Assembly: GCF_000406145.1 (NCBI RefSeq)
Contig: NZ_CM001976.1
Location: forward strand, 3,131,337 to 3,163,336
Reading direction: 5' to 3'
Source: Dickeya dadantii NCPPB 898
GTDB taxonomy: Bacteria; Pseudomonadota; Gammaproteobacteria; Enterobacterales; Enterobacteriaceae
Length of the DNA stretch: 32,000 nt
How positions within the stretch are numbered: position 1 is the first letter of the stretch; the number at the start of each line of letters is the position of its first letter. This document shows positions 25,068 to 32,000 of this stretch, piece after piece. Under the pieces are notes generated by a model, which was not told where the DNA came from, ran no database searches, and saw only the letters and a program-made list of their open reading frames with translations. Position numbers and translations under genes: made by a program.

Positions 25068-26267
25068 TTAAGGCAGCACCAGCTCACCGTTGCGTACATT
25101 CTCGGCCGAATGACTTTTTATGAATGACCAGGGCAATAACGCCCATGAGTCATAGGTAATTTTACCAATATGGTCATCGGTTGAGATATTGGAATAAAAA
25201 CGCAACCCTTTAGCCGTTGCAAACCAGTTTTTACCAACCTGAACCCAGCCATCAGGTTCAGGGGCTGGATAAGTGTCAGATCGGGCTGCCAGCTCATCCC
25301 GGTGCAAGATCATCAGTTGCTCATACAACCATTTGGGTAGCGCACTATCAAAAGACGGTGACGGGTATTCATCGGCTTCCTTATTCTCCCCTATCGATAA
25401 CAATTGCGACAATGCCACCGGTTTTGCGGTGCGGGTGGAGAGCGTTTGCGGTTTCAGCCAAAATTTTTGCTCGTTGCTGTCACCGGAGCCTTGTCCAGGA
25501 GCATCATCCTCGTACCGAACCATCACCTTACAGTCCCTGTGATATATCTGATTGATATAACTGACCAACGACGCGGAGAGCAGAGTTATCTGAATCTGTT
25601 GTGACAGATAGCCGCCATTATCAACACACGCCTGCTGCTTCAGCATGGTACTCCACCACTCTTGCTGTAAGGTACGGTTCAGCGCCGCCATCGTTTCCGG
25701 TGGATAGCCGCTGACAAACTGAAAAATTTTCACCCGTGTCTGTGGATTCTGCCACCAGGCCAGTCGATATTCCCCCATATCTCTTTCGCCCAGGAACTCC
25801 ACCGGGCGGGTTTGCCATAACAGGTAGTCATAGAGCGACACATCCCGCAGCCCCTGTTTCATCGCTTGTGCGTTATCGTTGGGAATATCAGTGCCGGATA
25901 TCAGCGTCAGGTTTACCGGGAGGCGTTGCCCGTTAGGTTGACGCCACTCGCCTTGCCAGCGCTGTTTTTCTTTATTGGGACGCAACACCATATGGTGTCG
26001 TTTATTCAGTTCTCCATCGCTAATCGAGCTGCCCAGCTGGCTATCCGGTACAATCATCAGCGATTCATCGTCTATTCCCTCAATCCAGGCCGTCAGAGAG
26101 CGGTCTTTATGATCCTGTACATCGAAGAAGCGCCCTGTTGTCGGCCCATCACCGAGCTTTAGCTCCAGCACGACATTAGCATTCCCTATCGTCCCGCGAT
26201 AAACATCCGCCCACGCACATTGAATTAACGCCAGTAGCCCCAGCGCCATAACCGTGATATGTCTCAT
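25068..26267 (-). CDS. Array paralog P3: divergent member of the same secreted family
   Basis: 399 aa with signal ..LIQCAWA-DV and AAGGA RBS. Keeps VYRGTIGN..V.LEL, WQGEWR, LYDYL, WWQNP..FQFVSGYP..LN.TL, LSQLL and LPWSFIKSH. Lacks the CGG(A)H block and the C-terminal Cys pair, and has a different tail (..NGELVLP). Confidence 0.8.
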   Translation of the reverse strand: MRHITVMALGLLALIQCAWADVYRGTIGNANVVLELKLGDGPTTGRFFDVQDHKDRSLTAWIEGIDDESLMIVPDSQLGSSISDGELNKRHHMVLRPNKEKQRWQGEWRQPNGQRLPVNLTLISGTDIPNDNAQAMKQGLRDVSLYDYLLWQTRPVEFLGERDMGEYRLAWWQNPQTRVKIFQFVSGYPPETMAALNRTLQQEWWSTMLKQQACVDNGGYLSQQIQITLLSASLVSYINQIYHRDCKVMVRYEDDAPGQGSGDSNEQKFWLKPQTLSTRTAKPVALSQLLSIGENKEADEYPSPSFDSALPKWLYEQLMILHRDELAARSDTYPAPEPDGWVQVGKNWFATAKGLRFYSNISTDDHIGKITYDSWALLPWSFIKSHSAENVRNGELVLP

Positions 26268-26303
26268 TATCCAATCCTTGCGGTTTATATTTATAACTTA
26301 TAT

Positions 26304-27164
26304 TTATGGCATTACCTGCTGCGTCAGCCGACCGGGGTTGGCCCGCACCAGACGCCACGGCAACACCGCCCACCCACCGTCGCCGCACGTTTTAGGATAA
26401 TACGCCCCTGGATAAAAACGGATGCCCTCTGGTGTCAGTGACCATAAACCCTCATCCCATTCTTCAAATTGGTATGCACAAGACTCGTCATTCATCTGGC
26501 GGGGATAAAGTGCCCTTAATTGCGTTGTGATCCAGTCGATAAGGGTGACCCCGTGGTAAGTATCAAATGACTGGTTGCGCGTGATATCTAAGGGGGGCTT
26601 ACGCAGCATCAGGACATCATCGATCGACAAAGGTCTGGCATCTTGAGTTAACAATGTACTGGCATCGTGAAAGGTGTACGGTGTGTCGCCATTACAGGCG
26701 CTCACCTCTGTTTTCAGATAACTGACCACCGATGGCGTAATCAACGAAAAAGACCACTCAGCGTGATACGCCAATGGAGATTGTCCCTTTTGTGCCTTAG
26801 ACAGCTGCTGATAAGATTCCTGACACGCTTTTTTACGCTCCAGCATCAAGAACATTTCAGCGTTCAGTTTGTTATTGAGCCGGATACGCTGATTGGTCGT
26901 ATAGCCGGAAGCGATTTGTGGGTAGGTAAATCCTGTTAGCGGATCACTCCACCAGATGACGTCGTAACCATTGATATTTTCCTGTTTTGCCACTGTCAGA
27001 TCGGTATTCGTATAACGCTGGTAGGTATCAGGCTCTGACCAATAGAGCCATTGTTTAAACGGCGAAGCATGGGAGGAAGGAGCGGGGACATCGGCAAAAG
27101 CAGAGGTGAACACCATCCCCAAACAGGTAGCCACAATCCTTGCGGTTTTTATTGATAGCATCAT
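26304..27164 (-). CDS. Array paralog P4: short form (signal peptide plus C-terminal domain only; N-terminal module absent)
   Basis: 286 aa with signal ..VFTSAFA-DV. Starts directly at the SPF(K/M)Q..Y block. Keeps NGYDVIWWSDP..PQIASGY..LN.KL, LSIDDVLML, LYPRQM, C.Y, W.LTPEGIRF and GW.VLPWRLVRANPGRL. Confidence 0.8.
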   Translation of the reverse strand: MMLSIKTARIVATCLGMVFTSAFADVPAPSSHASPFKQWLYWSEPDTYQRYTNTDLTVAKQENINGYDVIWWSDPLTGFTYPQIASGYTTNQRIRLNNKLNAEMFLMLERKKACQESYQQLSKAQKGQSPLAYHAEWSFSLITPSVVSYLKTEVSACNGDTPYTFHDASTLLTQDARPLSIDDVLMLRKPPLDITRNQSFDTYHGVTLIDWITTQLRALYPRQMNDESCAYQFEEWDEGLWSLTPEGIRFYPGAYYPKTCGDGGWAVLPWRLVRANPGRLTQQVMP

Positions 27165-27200
27165 ATTACGTAAATAAATTAAGAAAGGAGAAAAGCACCA

Positions 27201-27254
27201 TTCACCTGTTTGTACAAACCGCCACAGGTGAACCCAAAAGACCGTACCATTATA
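27201..27254 (-). promoter_or_regulatory. P4 leader: perfect TATAAT (27249-27254, minus strand), then a 9-bp-stem hairpin (27201-27232) containing the 12-bp perfect palindrome GTTTGTACAAAC (27208-27219)
   Basis: Read directly from the sequence. On the sense strand the hairpin is followed by a U-rich stretch ~35 nt before the P4 ATG. The -35 element is weak. Confidence 0.3.
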
Positions 27255-27297
27255 TCGGTATTACATCCGTATCGCCTTCGCTATCTTACTGATATAA

Positions 27298-28503
27298 TTA
27301 GGGAACCGTGACATATTGAAGACGGCCAGGGTGTTTATTCACAATGCGCCAAGGCACGACTTCCCACCCCTCGTCATCGCATACATCCGTGCCATCCGGC
27401 CGTAGCGGTTGAAAATAAATCCCTTCCGGGGTGAAGGACCAACGGGTGTTGGCCCATGTCTGCGTCGCGGTGTAATCACAGCCTTCACCGGTAGCGCCAG
27501 ATGCGTGGGTCATTTTGGTCGGATACAATTGGGTAAACTGGCTTTTTAACCATTCAGGAAGACGTTCCTGTAAACGCATTTCACCATAGTCATCGCCATT
27601 ATCGTACTCATCGCTCATCACTGGCACCGGAAGATCATCGAGCCAGAACAGATCAGAGAGCAACAGTTCTGGATAGTCCCTAAGAGTCGATGCGTCGTAC
27701 CTGAGCGTTGACGTGTGAGTGAATACTCTGATTTGGGGTTGTTCATCATCCGGACACTGGAATTTTCCCGTCAAGGTATAGCTGACGGCGTTTGGCGACA
27801 ACAAACCAATTTTGACCTTTAGCCCTCCCGCATTGACGCAGGTACTCATGCCAGACAAGGTACGCCAGAACATGTCGCGCAACATTGCATTTAATTGATT
27901 ACGCTGCTCGGCCGAATAACCCGATGCCACCTGAAACATGGAGAAATGGGTAAGCGGGTCTTGCCACCACTCCACCGCGTACTTTCCCATCATTCCTTGT
28001 TTAACCATCTTTGGTTCATATCCCTGCTGGAAAAGGGCATCGTACGTTAATGTGTGATAGACCGTCTGCATAAATGGTGGGGCGCTGGCAACATCACTTT
28101 CTTCAGGAAAAAACTTAACAGGCGACAACACTACCGACACGGGTGCCGCATTGTTTTCACGCCACTCACCGTATAGTCGATTCCCCAATGAACCATGAAG
28201 AATTAATGTTTTTTCCACCCAAGGTGGAGGATCATCCGCACGATTGCCTAATTTCAGCACAATGCCTAATTCATTAACCAAGCCAGAGAGTGGACGAGTG
28301 ACATGTTCAGAAGGGACAAAATAGCGGCTGGTTCTCGCTCTCATCCGATAACTTATCGTCTACAGTTTCTATCACTACTGGCGTTGATTACCCAGCGTTC
28401 CTTTATAGGTACCATGGTCTGTTGGGATGCTGGCCATACCCTTCATACAAACCAAGCCCAGCGCCAGCACCAACATCCTTGAGGTCAATGTTAATAAGTT
28501 CAT
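27298..28503 (-). pseudogene. Array paralog P5: disrupted near the N-terminus by two compensating frameshifts
   Basis: ATG 28503 encodes MNLLTLTSRMLVLALGLVCMKGMASIPTDHGTYKGTLGN, then stops. The family-conserved TPVVIETVDDKLSDESENQ is readable only in another frame (28384-28328). The original frame resumes at ..RYFVPSEHVTRPLSG and runs to 27298. The remaining 348-aa ORF (from 28344) lacks a signal peptide. Confidence 0.75.
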
Positions 28504-28659
28504 ATTAAGTAAATAGATAAGAAAGAAAGCGGATACTATAGCGGAAATGAACTAAGCGCCGTAATCAAAAACAAAACGGCGTCTCGTTTTATACGCGAGG
28601 GGAACGAACCTTGACTCCCCGGCCGGATATATCGCAAGCCGGGGTATACAGCGTAACAC

Positions 28660-29846
28660 TCAGGGCAACGGCAAATCCTTCAGCCGTCCGGGGTGTTGTT
28701 TCACCACGCTCCACGGCACTACCGCCCAGGCTGCATCATCACAAACACTGTCGGATTCAGGAAAGGTCGGGTGGAAAAGGATGCCTTTGGCGGTCAGCGT
28801 CCAGGTCGAATACTGCCAGCGGTCTGGTTCACGATAATCACACTGCGTATCACCCCAGGCACCTTTTATGGTCTTCGCCATCTCAGCCGGATACATCGAC
28901 GAAAGCTGTTCAACCAGCCAGGCTGGAAAAATATCGCCCCTGTCATCTTTAGATTCCGCCACCTCATCCGGTACGGGTGATTCATGAACCCAAAGTAGAT
29001 CGGATAACGCCATACTCTTCGCATCACTCACCCGCAGATTGGCGCTGCGCATACCGGAGGATGCCCCATCCCGCCACAGAACATACTTCCGGAGATGGTG
29101 TAACTGACCGCCCGGGGAAACAACTGGCTAATCTGCATCTCTTCGGTGTATTTCCCTTGTTCTGGATTCGTTCCCACTATACAGCGGTAATGATTCAACA
29201 CCTCCTGCCACAGCTCCTTACGCAGCGCCGTATTCAATCCCGCCAGCTGTTCTGCCGAATAACCGCTGCGTAACTGAAACGTCGTCATGCCGGACAGCGG
29301 ATCTCGCCACCATTCCACGCTGTATCCATTCACGTTTTCCTGCTTCGTCATCACCGGTTCGGCCCCTTCATGCCGCAGGTATTCATAGCGTGAATGTTGA
29401 TACGCCTGCTGCATAAACGGCGATGCTGTCGCAGGCAGTTCGGTGACCAGCGACAGCACCACCGGGTAGGCTTTGCCTTTGTCGTTGCGCCACTCGCCCT
29501 GCCAGGTTTTTTGATCGCGGCTGCGCAGCACTATCACCGGTATCGAATCTTTGCCAGCCAGCGCTTGTTGGTCATCCATAGCATCATCGCCTTCCGATAG
29601 CACCAGATTGCCCTGCGCATCCCGCGAGCCGGATAATGGAATATCCTTGCGGTATTTAGTATAGAAATAACGTCCGCTAATACTCCGGCTTCCCGGCTGA
29701 TTGGGGTCGTTATTCAGTTCCACCCCGATGGCTGTATTACCTATCGTGCCGCGATAAACGGGAAAATCATCGTCAGCCTTAGCAACCCCTGCCAGAAAAA
29801 CGACGCCCAGCGCGACTATCCTTGAGGCTAATGTGAATAAGTTCAT
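28660..29846 (-). pseudogene. Array paralog P6/7: one gene split by an apparent 1-nt deletion in the CGG..H-S-S-G block
   Basis: The 29846-29028 ORF holds the signal peptide, N-terminal domain and first part of the C-terminal domain, ending ..SMFCGGMGHPPVCAAPICG*. The 29052-28660 ORF continues with MRSANLRVSDAKSMALSDLLWVHESPVPD...KQHPGRLKDLPLP. Adding one base near 29060-29063 restores GHSSGMRSANLRVSD (compare P1 GGHSSGNWPIRLRVSD). Confidence 0.8.
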
Positions 29847-30089
29847 GTTAACTATATGAATAAGAAAGGGAGTGGAGACTATAATTGAACTACTGCATTT
29901 CCACTAATCATAACGAATAACCGCCTCAGTAAATAAGCGCACATTGAATACTCCGATGATGCTCACCCATCACTCAATGGCATTTTCTCCTCCACGCTCT
30001 ATGCTATGACGAGTCAGGGACAAACGGAGACGCGGTGTGCGCCGACGTTATCCTGGTGATTTTCTTTTCATACCAAAAAGGACAACACC

Positions 30090-30635
30090 ATGAGTCATAT
30101 CAAACTATTAGGTATTGCCGGCAGCCTGCGTAAAGCCTCTGCCAACCGGGGATTGCTGCGCGCTGCGCAGTCCGTGCTGCCGGCGGGCGTCACGCTTGAG
30201 ATCGCCGACCTGCTGGACGTACCGTTCTATAACGCCGACCTGACCGAGGTTCCCGCTTCAGTACAACGTATCGCCCGTCAGGCCAGCGAAGCGGATGGCT
30301 TCGTGTTCGCCTGCACGGAATACAATTATTCGATGGCGCCGGCGCTGAAAAATATTCTTGATTGGATCTCCCGCCTGCCGGACACCAGCATTCTGAATGA
30401 CAAGCCGGCCGCGCTGATGGGCGCCGGCGGCGGTATGGGCACTTCCCGCTCGCAGTATCATTTGCGGCAAACCTGCGTCTACCTGAATATTCATCCGCTC
30501 AACCGACCGGAAGTCTTTTCCAATGCTTTCGCCGGCGGCTTTGACGATCAGGGCAATCTAAAGGATGAAAAAATCACCGCGCTGATCGCCGATCAAATGA
30601 ACGCGCTCGCCGATGCGATTACGAATAAAAAATAA
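30090..30635 (+). CDS. NAD(P)H-dependent FMN reductase (YieF/ChrR-like)
   Basis: 181 aa. GSLRKASANRGL, TEYNYSMAPALKNILDWISRLP and SQYHLRQ are collinear with E. coli YieF as I recall it. Confidence 0.85.
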   Translation: MSHIKLLGIAGSLRKASANRGLLRAAQSVLPAGVTLEIADLLDVPFYNADLTEVPASVQRIARQASEADGFVFACTEYNYSMAPALKNILDWISRLPDTSILNDKPAALMGAGGGMGTSRSQYHLRQTCVYLNIHPLNRPEVFSNAFAGGFDDQGNLKDEKITALIADQMNALADAITNKK

Positions 30636-30652
30636 ATTACACCTGCATCAGG

Positions 30653-30676
30653 CTGCCGCCCGCCATCGGGCGGCAG
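30653..30676. other. GC-rich 10-bp-stem hairpin between convergent genes (no T-run)
   Basis: CTGCCGCCCG-ccat-CGGGCGGCAG. Confidence 0.4.
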
Positions 30677-30680
30677 TCGT

Positions 30681-31511
30681 TCACGCCGCCACCGTTCCCA
30701 CCTTCATCATCGCCTCGCCGGCGACCGTCAGCGCCGAATGACGACAGAAACGCACCACTTCCCCCACGACCAACAGACTGGGTGACTGCGGCTGATAACG
30801 CGCCATCAGCGCCGGCAAGGTCGCCAGCGTGGCGGTCAGCAAACGCTGTTCCGGCTGGGTACCGCGCTCGATAATCGCCAGCGGCGTACCGGCGGGCAAA
30901 CCATTGGCGATCAGTTTCTGGCACAGACGGCTGGCATGACTCAGCCCCATGTAAAACACCAGCGTCTGTTGGCCGACGCCGAGCGTTTCCCAGTCCAGCT
31001 GCGGTTCGCCGTCGCGGGCATGTCCGGTGATAAAGCGCACCGACTGGGCGCAATCCCGGTGCGTCAGCGGTAGCCCCACCGCCGCGGCGCAGCCGGTGGC
31101 GGCAGTGATGCCAGGCACCACATGGCAGGTCACGCCCTGCTGCTGCAGATAATCCATCTCTTCGCCGCCACGGCCAAAAATGAACGGATCGCCGCCTTTA
31201 AGCCGCACCACCCGTTGCCCGGCTTGCGCCAGTTCCATCAGCAACTGGTTGATTTGCGGCTGCGGCAGCGCGTGGTGCCCCTGCTGCTTGCCGACATCAA
31301 TACACAACGTCTCCGGCTGAACCAACGCCATGATATCGGCGGAAACCAGCCGGTCATGGACCACCACGTCCGCCTGCTGAATCGCCCGCAGCGCCTTGAT
31401 AGTCAGCAGTTCGGCGTCGCCCGGGCCGGCGCCCACCAGCCAGACATCGCCGACCAGCACAGGCTGGCGTTGATGGCCCTGCGCCATCAGTGTGTTCAGA
31501 ATAGGGTTCAT
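30681..31511 (-). CDS. cobA: Uroporphyrinogen-III C-methyltransferase (stand-alone SUMT)
   Basis: 276 aa. [52 protein letters not shown] and VPGITAA are classic SUMT/CysG C-terminal-domain motifs. AAGGAG RBS. Lies directly downstream of the nitrate reductase gene. Confidence 0.9.
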   Translation of the reverse strand: MNPILNTLMAQGHQRQPVLVGDVWLVGAGPGDAELLTIKALRAIQQADVVVHDRLVSADIMALVQPETLCIDVGKQQGHHALPQPQINQLLMELAQAGQRVVRLKGGDPFIFGRGGEEMDYLQQQGVTCHVVPGITAATGCAAAVGLPLTHRDCAQSVRFITGHARDGEPQLDWETLGVGQQTLVFYMGLSHASRLCQKLIANGLPAGTPLAIIERGTQPEQRLLTATLATLPALMARYQPQSPSLLVVGEVVRFCRHSALTVAGEAMMKVGTVAA

Positions 31512-31538
31512 GTTGATGACTCCTTATCCGGGCGCGGC

Positions 31539-32000
31539 TCAGCCCGCCCGGCGTAATGTATCCGGCGTGGCATACTGTTGCAGCAACGCCTTCAGTTCCG
31601 GCACGCAGGACCCGCAATTGGTCCCGCATTGTAGTTGTTCGCCCAGTTTCGCCACGCTGTGGCACCCCTGACGGATCGCATCGATAATGCGCTGTTCTCC
31701 CACCGCGAAGCAGCTGCAAATGGTCGCCCCCTGCGGCGCTTCGCCCTGCGGCGCGCATCCGGCCAGCAGCGCCAGCCGATCCGACGTCTGCTGCGGCGGC
31801 GAGGCAAACGCCGCCAGGATCGTTTCACGCTCCAGCACAGGCCGGCGAACGTCGACATACAGCGCCACCGCCACCTGCCCCGACAGCCAGCCAACCGCGT
31901 GAAACAGGCCGCCGTCGCCCTGCGCCTGTTGATAGTCGACGCCGTCCAGTCCGTACTGCCGGGCCAACCAGTCGAGCCAGCGATCCGGCGTCTGTTCGCC
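31539..32000 (-). CDS. nasA: 3' end of an assimilatory nitrate reductase (NasA-type) with a C-terminal BFD-like [2Fe-2S] domain; partial, continues right of the window
   Basis: The frame is open to the window edge, so the track's start at 31967 is internal. C-terminal CSCFAVGEQRIIDAIRQGCHSVAKLGEQLQCGTNCGSCVPELKALL is the C-x-C...C-G-x-C BFD-like motif. Context with cobA fits a nas cluster. Confidence 0.65.
   Translation of the reverse strand, partial: GEQTPDRWLDWLARQYGLDGVDYQQAQGDGGLFHAVGWLSGQVAVALYVDVRRPVLERETILAAFASPPQQTSDRLALLAGCAPQGEAPQGATICSCFAVGEQRIIDAIRQGCHSVAKLGEQLQCGTNCGSCVPELKALLQQYATPDTLRRAG

Overview
The window joins two very different regions. Positions 1 to ~12088 are the right-hand part of an AT-rich genomic island. 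It ends at a 16-nt copy of the tRNA-Asn 3' end, followed by a strong intrinsic terminator. The island carries a mobilization module (oriT-like inverted repeat, mobC, MOBQ-type relaxase), alpA, many small membrane proteins and lipoproteins, and several defence-like nuclease genes. These are a Cap4/DUF4297-like nuclease (partial), an HNH protein of 370 aa, and a HEPN gene split at an A8 run. No integrase is visible; it is presumably left of the window. From ~12.1 kb onward the DNA is GC-rich enterobacterial core chromosome. By gene content and GC it may be a Dickeya-like Pectobacteriaceae, but that is a guess. The core genes are an RhlB-like GT1 glycosyltransferase, ggt, an MCP, an MccF-like S66 peptidase, a GcvA-like LysR regulator, ybdL, an ArtJ/HisJ-like binding protein, a YieF-like FMN reductase, cobA, and the 3' end of a nasA-type nitrate reductase. 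The most unusual content is a ~7.2 kb same-strand tandem array (22650-29846) of six paralogous Sec-secreted proteins, four intact and two frameshifted. Their C-terminal half carries motifs I associate with DUF4163/DUF3298 (RsiV-like) domains. There is no adjacent enzyme, toxin or transporter, so I propose an orphan periplasmic inhibitor/immunity array as a hypothesis only. All family assignments come from reading motifs by eye; no database search was possible.
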